DNA of 60,124 bases from Myxococcota bacterium (lineage in GTDB: Bacteria; Myxococcota; JACRCW01): assembly GCA_040752415.1 (NCBI GenBank), contig JBFMGU010000027.1:1-60124 (forward strand), read 5' to 3'. The position numbers and the translations under genes were made by a program. The notes below the pieces were generated by a model, which made no database searches, was not told the DNA's origin, and worked only from the letters and a program-made list of their open reading frames with translations. This document shows positions 9,957-20,100 of this stretch, one piece after another (position 1 is the stretch's first letter; the number at the start of each line of letters is the position of its first letter).

Positions 9957-12900
9957 ATGCGTTCCCCGTCTTCGATGGTCGTGCTGCTCTCCACCGGGAT
10001 GATGCTCGGCCTCCTCTCCGGCTGTCCGCCCCCGGTACCCAAGGCGCGCTGCGCCGGCGACAACGACTGCGACCAGAGCCGCCACCTCTGCGGCGCCGAT
10101 CGAATCTGTCGCCCCACGGCAGAAGTGGAGGCCGAGCGCGCAGCGTCCACCGCGAGCGGAAGCGGCAGCTCCTCCTCCAGCTCCACCGGGAGCGGCTCGT
10201 CCGCCAGCAGCACGGGGTCGTCCTCGTCGTCCGCCTCGTCGAGCAGCAGCTCCGGGGCCACCACCACGTCGTCTTCGGTCTCCGGGAGCAGCAGCTCGGG
10301 AACGTCGACCAGCGCGAGCTCCACCGGTAGCAGCAGCACGGGCGCGTCGTCGTCGAGCTCGGCGGCTTCGTCATCCGTGTCGTCGTCGTCTTCTTCGTCG
10401 GGGGTCAGCTCCTCCGGCGCGGTGGACGGTGGCAGTCCGGACGGCGCTCCTCCGCCGGTGGATGAGTGCGCACTGCAGACCGACGATTGCGACGACAATG
10501 CCATCTGCACCGACGAGGCACAGGGGTTCTCCTGCGCCTGTCTCACCACCTTTGCGGGGGACGGACGCGCCTGCACACCCAACGACTGCGCCCTCGGCAT
10601 TGCCGGGTGCGACCCGCGCGCCACCTGCACCGACTCACCCGAGGGATGGACCTGCGCCTGTCCCGCCCCGCTCACCGGCGACGGTGCCCACTGCCACGCC
10701 CCCTACCAGCGCCTCTCCGCCGGACTGCGCCACACCTGCGGCATCCGTACCGACGGGACGCTGTGGTGCTGGGGCCACGGCGAGTCGGGCCAGCTGGGCG
10801 CCACTCCGTTCGAACCCGGGGTACCCGTGCAGGTGGGTACGGATGCCGACTGGACCGACGTCTCCGCGGGCGGTGAGCACACCTGTGGCATCAAAGGCGC
10901 CGGAGAGCTGTGGTGCTGGGGCCGCGGCATCGACGGGCAGCTCGGCCGCGGCGACAACGCGGGCGCCAACGCGCCGGTGCGGGTTGAGACGGCGAGTGAC
11001 TGGATCGCCGTGGCGTCGGGCGCGCGGCACACCTGCGGCCTCCGCCAACCGGGAACGCTCTGGTGCTGGGGCGACAACAGCGTCGGTCAGCTTGGGAATC
11101 CCTCCGACGCCAACACCTCCTCACCCGTCCAGCGCGGCGCGCTCACCACGTGGACCGCACTCGACGCCGGCGCGGAGCACACCTGCGGCCTCACGGCGGG
11201 GCAACTCCACTGCTGGGGACGCAATACGGAGGGTCAACTCGGCCTGGCGTCGACGGGCGCGCCGCAGGCCATCACGCGCGTGGGCCTGGCCAGCGACTGG
11301 ACGCGCGTGGTCACCGGCGGACAGCACACCTGCGGCACCCGCGGTGCCGGGTCGCTGTGGTGCTGGGGGAAGAACGAGAGCGGCCAGATCGGCTCCAACG
11401 ACTTCCTCGACGTCAACGCCCCCAGACAGGTGGGCACCGCGGTGGATTGGTCCGCCGTGGCGCCGGGAAGTCGTCACACGTGTGGCGTGCGGAGCAACGG
11501 CCTGTGGTGCTGGGGAGGCAACAGCCAGGGGCAGGCGCTCCTCCTCACCGGCGTGAGCCCGCAGCCCGTACAGGTGAACGCGGCGAGCTGGGACTCCGTG
11601 GTGGCGGGCGGAGATCACAGCTGCGTGCTCAGCACCGACGGCGTGACACTGTGTTGGGGCGCCAACGACGTGGGACAGCTGGGCCTGGGCAACGAGGCGC
11701 GGGCGTCGACGCCGACGAGCGCGGGCGTGCCGTCCGGCTGGGCCACTTTGGACGTGGGTCAGGCGCATAGCTGCGGCCTCCGTGACGACGGCACGCTGTG
11801 GTGCTGGGGGAACAACCTCAACGGGGAGCTGGGCGCGGGCAACCAGGTGGACCAGCGCCGGCCCGTCCAGGTTGGGCCTGCGGCACGGTGGACCCAGGTG
11901 ACGGTCGGGGACTTCCACACCTGCGCCGTGCGCGCCGACGGCCTGCTGCACTGCTGGGGCCTCAACCAGTCCAACCAGCTTGGCGACAACTCCACGACCA
12001 CCCGCCTGGTGCCGGTGCCCGTCGGCCCCGGCGCGACCTGGCAGGACGTCTCCGCTGGCGCGTCGCACACGTGCGGGGTGCAGAGCAGCGGGTCGCTGTG
12101 GTGCTGGGGCAGCAACCTGGAAGGTCAGGCGGGGCCCTCCAACCTGGGCGGCAACATCGCGCAGCCCGTCCGCGTGGGCACCGACGCTGACTGGCTCATG
12201 GTGGCCGGCGGCGGCTCCCACACCTGCGCGCTCAAGCGCGACCGGAGCCTGTGGTGCTTCGGTGGCAACGGGTCCGGGCAGCTGGGTGTTCCGGGCGCGG
12301 GGGCGGACGGCGTTCCGGTGGCGGTGGCTCAAGGGCAGTTCTGGCAGACGGTGACGTCGGGGAGCGCGCACACGTGCGGAGTCACCGTGGACGGAACGCT
12401 GTGGTGCTGGGGCTTCAACCTCGACGGGGAGCTGGGCCTGGGCGACAACGCCAACCGCGACGTCCCCACCGCGCTCGGCGCGCCCGGACCGTGGCTGCAG
12501 GTGGAAGCCAGGGGATTCTCCACCTGCGCCGTCGACGTCAGCGGGACCCTGTGGTGCTGGGGCGACAACACGCAGGGCCACCTGGGCGTGGGCGACGCCA
12601 ACCCCCGCAACGCGCCCACCCAGCTCGCCCTGCCGGCGGAGTGGCGCGTGGGGACCGCCGCGTTCAGCCACGGGTGCGGCATTGCCGCCGACGGCGCGCT
12701 CTGGTGCTGGGGGACCAACTCCGACGGACAGCTGGCCCAACCCGCCGTCACAAACGTGGACCTCCCGGGCCAGGCGGCGGAGGTGCTCGCCACCACGATG
12801 TCGGTGGGCGGTGCGCACGCGTGCGCGATTGACGCGGCCGGCGTGCTCTCCTGCTGGGGACGCAACCTGGAGGGCCAGCTCGGCGTGGGCGGGCTGGAGC

Positions 12901-13859
12901 GTAGTCCCGGAGACATGCCGCTGGCGTTGGCGCCGCTGGAGGTCCCACTGATGACGTTCACCAAGGTGGCAGCGGGCGGTCAGCACACGTGCGCGCGGGA
13001 TACCGCGGGGCACCTGCTGTGCTGGGGGGCCAATGACCTGGGCCAGTTGGGCGACGGCAGCCAGACCGCGCGCCGCTTCCCGGTGACGATTGCCAACGCC
13101 GCCACCAACTGGCTCGACGTGACCGCCGGGGACCGACACACCTGCGGCACCCGCGCGCCTGGCACGTTGTGGTGCTGGGGCGACAACTCCCAGGGCGAGC
13201 TGGGCCTGGACAACCAGGTTCCCGCCAACGCACCCCAGCAGGTGGGAAGCCAGACGGACTGGACCCTGGTCAGCCTGGGAGCGGACTTCACGTGCGGTAT
13301 CCGCAGCGGGAACAACGGACTGTGGTGCTGGGGCGCCAATGCGGCGGGCCAGCTTGGCCTCGGCGACTCCGCCCCCCGCGACGTCCCCGAGCAGGTGATG
13401 GTGGGTACGCAGTTTGCCACCGTGGCCGTCGGCGCGGCGCACGCGTGCGCGGTGGATGGCAACGGCGCGCTCCTCTGCTGGGGGAGCAACGGCGCCGGTC
13501 AGCTTGGGCCCACCGCCGGGAACAGCGAGGACACGCCGGTGCAGATGGGCAGCGCCCAGGACTACGTGGAGGTGGCGCTGGGGCTTTCGCACACGTGCGC
13601 GCGCCACCAGAACGGCGTGGTGGAGTGCTTTGGCGCCAATGACAGCGGCCAGCTCGGTCGCGGCGTGACCAGCAGCGTCGAGGCGGACCCCGCGCCGGTG
13701 CCGACGGGGGGGCCGTGGACCTCCGTTGTCGCCGGGGGAAACACCACGTGCGGACGCGAAGCAAGCGGGAGGGTGGTCTGCTGGGGCAGCAACACCTCCG
13801 GCGCGCTGGGCGACGGGCGCGGCGCGGTGCGCGCTGCCACCCCCGTGATCACCCCATAG
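9957..13859 (+). CDS. Lipoprotein: Ser-rich linker, 2 EGF-like domains and 21 RCC1-like repeats
   Basis: Lipobox LSGC; poly-Ser tract; VDECALQTDDC...FSCAC EGF modules; 21 copies of HTC...LWCWGxNxxGQLG; start placed at ATG 9957. Confidence 0.9.
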   Translation: MRSPSSMVVLLSTGMMLGLLSGCPPPVPKARCAGDNDCDQSRHLCGADRICRPTAEVEAERAASTASGSGSSSSSSTGSGSSASSTGSSSSSASSSSSSGATTTSSSVSGSSSSGTSTSASSTGSSSTGASSSSSAASSSVSSSSSSSGVSSSGAVDGGSPDGAPPPVDECALQTDDCDDNAICTDEAQGFSCACLTTFAGDGRACTPNDCALGIAGCDPRATCTDSPEGWTCACPAPLTGDGAHCHAPYQRLSAGLRHTCGIRTDGTLWCWGHGESGQLGATPFEPGVPVQVGTDADWTDVSAGGEHTCGIKGAGELWCWGRGIDGQLGRGDNAGANAPVRVETASDWIAVASGARHTCGLRQPGTLWCWGDNSVGQLGNPSDANTSSPVQRGALTTWTALDAGAEHTCGLTAGQLHCWGRNTEGQLGLASTGAPQAITRVGLASDWTRVVTGGQHTCGTRGAGSLWCWGKNESGQIGSNDFLDVNAPRQVGTAVDWSAVAPGSRHTCGVRSNGLWCWGGNSQGQALLLTGVSPQPVQVNAASWDSVVAGGDHSCVLSTDGVTLCWGANDVGQLGLGNEARASTPTSAGVPSGWATLDVGQAHSCGLRDDGTLWCWGNNLNGELGAGNQVDQRRPVQVGPAARWTQVTVGDFHTCAVRADGLLHCWGLNQSNQLGDNSTTTRLVPVPVGPGATWQDVSAGASHTCGVQSSGSLWCWGSNLEGQAGPSNLGGNIAQPVRVGTDADWLMVAGGGSHTCALKRDRSLWCFGGNGSGQLGVPGAGADGVPVAVAQGQFWQTVTSGSAHTCGVTVDGTLWCWGFNLDGELGLGDNANRDVPTALGAPGPWLQVEARGFSTCAVDVSGTLWCWGDNTQGHLGVGDANPRNAPTQLALPAEWRVGTAAFSHGCGIAADGALWCWGTNSDGQLAQPAVTNVDLPGQAAEVLATTMSVGGAHACAIDAAGVLSCWGRNLEGQLGVGGLERSPGDMPLALAPLEVPLMTFTKVAAGGQHTCARDTAGHLLCWGANDLGQLGDGSQTARRFPVTIANAATNWLDVTAGDRHTCGTRAPGTLWCWGDNSQGELGLDNQVPANAPQQVGSQTDWTLVSLGADFTCGIRSGNNGLWCWGANAAGQLGLGDSAPRDVPEQVMVGTQFATVAVGAAHACAVDGNGALLCWGSNGAGQLGPTAGNSEDTPVQMGSAQDYVEVALGLSHTCARHQNGVVECFGANDSGQLGRGVTSSVEADPAPVPTGGPWTSVVAGGNTTCGREASGRVVCWGSNTSGALGDGRGAVRAATPVITP

Positions 13860-13892
13860 GCCGCGTCAGGACAAGACGCCCTTCGGCCTCGC

Positions 13893-14120
13893 GGACGTCG
13901 TGAGCGGGCCACGACCTGGAGTGCGGCGGGCCCTCGCCGCCCTGGTCAGCGCCGAGGGTGTCGTCAGGCGGCAATCGTGGAGCGCAGGGAGTCCGCGACG
14001 ACGGAGGAATGCACGGCGGCGGCCCATGCTGGACCGTCGGCCGGGTGGGTAACCCGCTCGGCGCTGACCAGGGCGGCGAGGGCCCGCCGCACTCCAGGTC
14101 GTGGTCCACTCACGACGTCC
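13893..14120. repeat. Long inverted repeat element A (REPIN/MITE-like)
   Basis: 64-bp arms 13893-13956 and 14057-14120 with 2 mismatches and a 100-bp spacer; each arm holds GGAG-T-GCGGCG-ggccct-CGCCGC-CCTGG. Confidence 0.9.
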
Positions 14121-14175
14121 GAGAGCCGGGGTGCGTGGGTCCTCGCACCGTGGGCGGAGGGGCGGCGACCTCACG

Positions 14176-17100
14176 TCACGGCACGCGGTAGAACATCCGG
14201 CTCTGGCCCATGTTGGCGATGTACAGGTCGTCGTCGCCATCGCCGTTGAAGTCGCCCACCACCACGCTCACCGTGTTGTCGTCGGAGACCGGGAGCTTCT
14301 CCGCGGTGAAGTCCTGGAAGTTGCCGTTGCCCACGTTGACCAGCAGACGGTTCGGCCGGCCCGTGGTGCTGCCATTGAAGCTGTCGGTGTAATAGCCGTC
14401 GTTCTTGCCCAGGAAGATGTCCAGCAAACCGTCCTTGTCCACGTCGACAATCGCAGCACCGGTGGTGGCATCCACGCGCGCGGGCAACGACGAGAGCGTG
14501 ACGTCGCTCAGCGAGCCGCCCAGGTTGAGGTAGAGCCGGTCGTCGCCGCCGTTGATGACGTAGACGTCCTGGTCACTGTCGCCGTCGGCGTCAAACAGCA
14601 GGGAACGCAAGCCGAAAGGAGCGCTGGGCAGCCGCGAGGTGGTCAGGTCCTGGAACCGCCCGGAGCCGCCGAGGTTGAAGATGACCAGGTCCGTTGGATA
14701 CGGGTTGTAGTAGCCGTTTCTCGTCAGGAAGATGTCCGGCCAGGTGTCCCCGTCCAGGTCGCCCACGGAGACGCCCGCCGTGCCAAAGCTGGTCCCCTGG
14801 ATTCCAGCGCAGCCCATGGTGCCCGGCAGCGTGTCCAGGCCGGAGCCCGGCGTCACGTCCATGAAATAGCCCGGCCCCACGTTCTGCCACAGCCGCACCA
14901 TCTGGTTCGTGGCCACCAACACGTCCGTGTGGCCATCCAGGTTGAAGTCGATGGTGGAGATGGCGAACGCGTTGTCCAGGTCGCGGTTGCCGCTGGGCAG
15001 GCGCAGCTGCGAGACGTCCTCGAAGACGCCGGTGCCGTCGTTGAGCAGCAGGTAGACGTAGTTGGGGTTGCTGCCGGGGTGGTAGGTCTGCACCACCATG
15101 ATGTCGGTGTCGTTGTCGTTGTCGGCGTCGAACAGGGCCACGTCCGAGGCTCGCAGGTCCAGCGCGGGCAGGCGCACCGCGCTCTCGTCGAACAGGTTGC
15201 CCGCGCCGTCATTCACCAGCAGCCGCAGCGCGCCGCCCGTGGCCACCGGCGGGCAGTAACCGCTGAACCCGGTGAGGACCACCTTCACCACGTCCATGAA
15301 GCCGTCACCATCCAGGTCGGCGCCGCGCGCGTTGGTGGTGAACTCGTTCTCCTCCGGCAACACCGTCTGCGTGCGGTAGCGGAACACGCCCGCGGAGCCC
15401 ACGCCGTAGTTCTCCAGGAGGCGGTTCTGCGCGGCCTCGTTGACGAGGATCAGGTCCGCGTACCCGTCGGAGTTGAGGTCGTAGCGGGAGGCCTCCGCAA
15501 TGTTGTCCACCGCCGTCCCCGCGGGCCGCTTGGCCACCGCAAAGGCCACGGTGTACTCGCCCAGCGAGGCCGGCAGGTTGGTGGCGGTCAGGTTGGAGAA
15601 GCGCCCCGCGCCGTCATTGAGATAGAGCCGCGGCCGCGAGCCGTTGGTGCGGATGGCCGCCAGGTCCGCGTCTCCGTCGCTGTCCACGTCCACCGGGATG
15701 ATCTGCTGGGTGGCGTCCGTGTCCGAGGGCATGTTGCCCGCCGAAGAATCCGTGAACGTGCCGAAGCCGTTGTTGAAGAAGATGCGGTCCTGCTGCCCGT
15801 CGTTGCCCAGGATGATGTCCAGCTTCCCGTCGCCGTTGAGGTCCCGGGTGGCCGCGGTGGTGGAGTTGCCCGCGGTGATGGGGAACTGGATGCCCGGGGA
15901 GGTGGCGATGAGGTTGCCGGCGCCGTCGTTGAGATAGAGCTGCTTCTGCTGGTCGTAGTAATTGGCCACGAACAGGTCCAGGTCGCCCTCGCCGTCAAAG
16001 TCGCCCAGCACCACCGCGGTGGTGGCGTCATTGAGGCCAAAGGTGGTGACGGTGAAGGTGCCGGGGCTGGCCGCGTTGTTGATGTACTTCTGCTCCTGGC
16101 TCTGGAACCCGCCCACCACGAAGTCCAGCCGTCCGTCGCCATTGAGGTCACCCATGGCGCCGGTGCGCACGTTGCACACGCCGTACATGGCGCCGCCGGA
16201 GGGCATGGCAAAGGTGCCGCCGTCATTGCGCAGGATGGTGCGGTAGCAGTTGCCCACCAGGATGACGTCGTCATCCAGGTCCCCGTCGATGTCGCCCACC
16301 AGCGCGTCGCGCACGTCATCATTGGGGACACCGGTCCAGTTCACCGCCACGCTGGTCACGTCCACCAGCGTGCCGTTGTCATTGCGGTGGAAGAAGGGTC
16401 GGTTGTTGGCGTTGGTGTTGGCGCGGACCAGGAGCATGTCGGAGTCGCCGTCGCGGTCCCAGTCAAAGAGGACCCCGCCGCGCTTGGCCCCACCGCTCTC
16501 CATGGGGAGGCGCTGGCCCGCGGACTGGTAGCGGCCGCCGGCGTTGTAACGGAAGCCGTTCACCGCCGTGTAGTACTGCGTGTCCGGGTTGGTGATGGTG
16601 ACGTCGACGAGCCCCGCGGCGTGCGGTGGCGTGTCGGCGGCCAGCGCGGTGGGGCCCAGCCAGACCACGTTGGTGGCGGCCAGGCCGCCCACCGTCAGCT
16701 GGGCACCGTTCTGGATGCCCCGGCCGGACACCGTCATCCGCGTCCCGCCCGCAATGCCGCCGGTGTTGGGGCTGATGCCCAGGATGACCAGGGGCGGAAG
16801 CTGCTGGTCGGGCACGTAGGTGAACGCGGAGGGCAGCGAGGCGGACTGGTTGTCGGGGTTGGTGATGGTGACGTCGACCGTGGCATTGGGCGTGCCGCCG
16901 GGCGCGCGACAGGTGAGGTTGGTGGAGGAGATGACCACCACGTCGGTGGCCAGCGCGCTGCCAAAGCGGACCTCCAGGCCCACCTGGAAGCGGTTGCCGC
17001 GGATGGCCACCGTGGTCCCGCCCGCCACCGGGCCGTAGTTGGGACTGACGCTGGTGACCGAGGGCGGCGGCACCGGCACCAGGTAGGTGAAGCCCCCGGC

Positions 17101-20100
17101 GAGCGAGTGCGTCTGCCCGTCGGTGTTGGTGACGGTGACCGCGGCGGGACCGCCGGCTCCCGCGGGAGTGGTGGCGGTGATGGCGGTGGCGGAGACCACG
17201 GTGACGTTGGTGGCCAGGTTGCCGCCCACGCGCACCTCGGCGCCGGCGCGGAAGAAGTTGCCGGTGACGGTGATGTCCGTGCCGCCCGCGGTGGGACCGC
17301 TGGTGGGCGAGACCGCGTCGACGTAGGGCGCGGCCACGTAGGTGAATCCGTCGGGCGGACCGCCCGGCAGGGTGGCACTGCCGCCGTTGACGTTGACCAC
17401 CGAGATGGCCGCCGGCCCATCCGAGCCCGGCGGGGTGACCGCGGTGAGCAGGAACGGCGAGAGCACGTTGACGTCGCTGGCGGCCGCGCCGCCCACGTAC
17501 ACCGCCGCGCCGCTGAGGAAGTTGCGACCGTTCAGCGTGATGGTGGTGCCGCCCACCGCAAAACCGGTGCTGGGATTGACGGCGAGGATCTGCGGCGGCG
17601 GGATGATGTAGTTCCACGCGTCCTGGAGCGTGATGGACTGGCCTTCCGCCGTGGTCACGGTGAGGTCGAACACGCCCAGGATGTACGGGCCCGCCTGGAA
17701 CTCCAGCGTGTTGCCGTCGACGAACGTGCTGTCCTGCGGCACGCCGTCGATCAGCACGAACGACCCCGCCGTGAACGCCTGGCCGCTCACCGTGGCGGTG
17801 TCGCCGCCGAAGATGGAGCCGGAGTTGGGCGTGACGTTGAAGGCCTGCGGCGCCGGCGGCAGCGCGTCGGGCGTCAGGTAGGTGAACGCAGCGGGGAGCA
17901 CCGCGGACTGGCCGTCCGGGTTGGTGATGGCCACGCGCAACGCCGGACCGGCCACGCCGGGCGCGGTGACCCCGGTGGCCCGCCCCGCATCCACCACGCG
18001 CGCGTTGCCCAGCGGCCGCGGCCCCACAATCAGTGTGGCGTTGTTGACGAAACCGGTGCCGTAGAAGGCCATGTACGTGCCGCCCACGTCGGGACCCTTG
18101 CTGGGGTTGATGGAGGTGAGCGTGGGAGCCTGCCCCAGCGACGCCGGGTTCACGTAGGTGAAGGTGACGCCGCCACTCTGCTGCCCGTCGGGATTGATGA
18201 CCACCACCGTGGCGTTGCCCGCCGTGCCCGGCGGCATGGTCACCACCAGCGTCCCGTCGTCCGCACGGTCCACGGCGGCATCCACGCCACCCACGGTGAC
18301 GCGCACGCCGTCCTGCAGCTCCGCGCCGGTGAGCACCAGCACGGTGCCCCCGGTGGACGGCCCGGTGGCCGGCGTGAGCGAGGTGACGGAAGGCGGGGCC
18401 ACGTACTCAAAGCCGGCGCTCAGCGTGGAGGCCTGCCCGTCGGGGGAGACCACGCGGACGTCCACCAGTCCCTTGGGACCGGGCGGCGTGATGGCCTGCA
18501 GCAGCGTGTTGGACAGCACCTGCACCGACGGGCTCTGGCCCGCACCGAAGTAGACGGCGGAGCCCTGGTGGAAACCGCTGCCGGAGACCAGCACCTCCGT
18601 CCCGCCCGACGAGGGGCCCCGGGGCGGAGACACCGCCGCCACCGACGGTGCCTCCTCGTACAGGAACGCGTTGGTCAGCGTGGCGGAGCGCCCGTCGGGG
18701 TTGGTGACGGTGAGGTCGGCGGGACCAAAGGGCTGCGGGGGAGCGGCGCCGCGCAGCAGACCCGGGTGCATGAACAGGATGTTGGCGGCCACCAGGTCGC
18801 GCACGAAGAAGATGGCGCCGGCCTGGAACCCCGAGCCCGTGATGTAAAGGCTCGTCGAGGTGGTCTCCGGGCCCCGGTTGGGCGTGGCGCCGCTCACGCG
18901 CGGGGCCGGCGTGGTGTACGTGGCCGGGTCCACGTAGGTGAATCCGCGCAACAACGTGCCGTACTGCCCGTCGGTGTTCACCACCACCACGTCGACCGCG
19001 CCGGGCATTCCGGCGGGAGTGACCACCGTGGCCTCGGTGCTGGACACCACCGTGGCGACGGCCCGGCCGGTTCCCAGCTCCACCGTCATGCCCGCGGAGA
19101 AGTTGGTGCCGCGCAAGAGGAGCTTGGTGCCGCCCGTCGCCGGGCCCCGGTCAGGGAGCAGGCTGGCAATGGTGGGCGGCGGGGCGGGCACGTAGCCCGC
19201 GCGGTATTCGAACGCGGCGGGAAGCGTGGCGGTCTGCCCGTCCGGGTTCTGCACGGTGACGTCGACAAAACCGGGGTTCCCCGCGGGTGCCACGGCGCGG
19301 ATGGCGCCGGAGTCCAGCGTGGTGGAGCCGGCGAGGAGGCCGCCGAAGTAGACGTCCGCCCCCGGCAGGAAGCCGCTGCCGCTCACCACCACCGACGTGT
19401 TCCCCGACGGAGGCGCCACCGCCGGATTGACCGAGTCCACCGTGGGCGGCGGGTTGATGTACGTGAAGCCGCCCGGGAGCACCGCGGACTGACCGTCGCC
19501 GTTGGTCACGGTGACATCCACGTCGCCTGCTGCGTGCGGTGGGAACGTGGCACTGGCCTCGAACGCGCTGATGACCACCGTGTCCACGTCCACGCCGTCG
19601 ACCGAGACCACGGTGGTGCTGGTGAAGTTGCTGCCGGTCACGGTCACCAGCGTGGTGTCCACGGTCAGCGCGCTGTCCGGTGAGACGCTGGTGATGGTGG
19701 GCGGGGGAGCGGTGACGTACGAGAACGCGTTGCCGAGGGTGGAGGACTGTCCGTCCTGGTTGGTGACGGTCACGTCGACAAAGCCGGCCGCGTGCGCGGG
19801 GAAGATGGCGGTGAGCTCGGTGCTGCTGACGTAGGTGGAGATGGCCCCCAGCCCGCCCACGGTCACCAGCGCGCCCGGGCGGAACCCCGTGCCGGTGATG
19901 GTGACCAGCGTGGCCTCGCCCGCGTTGCCCACCGAGGGGCGGACGTTGACGACGGTGGGCGGCGGCGGCGCCTCGTAAAGGAACGCACCCGTGGCCACGG
20001 CCTCCTGGCCGTCCGGGTTCCGCACGACGACATCCACCAGGCCCGCGTCATGCGGCGGCAGCTCCGCGGTGATGCGCGTGTCGCTCTCGACGGTGGCCTC

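Noticed and set aside
10150..10420. Low-complexity TCG/TCC/AGC tract as a tandem repeat or contingency locus
   Set aside because: Mixed Ser codons encoding a protein linker; no exact repeat unit
13869..13877. GGACAAGAC 9-mer found left of both element A and element C (47449-47457) as a shared target site
   Set aside because: Different distances from the arms and absent beside element B; could be chance
14101..19683. 1,860-aa plus-strand ORF, and similar long ORFs at 34225-37017, 47610-50243, 50475-53249, 1353-4025 and 11121-13607
   Set aside because: Antisense shadows of real genes in high-GC DNA; Arg/Gly/His/Val-rich with no recognisable motifs
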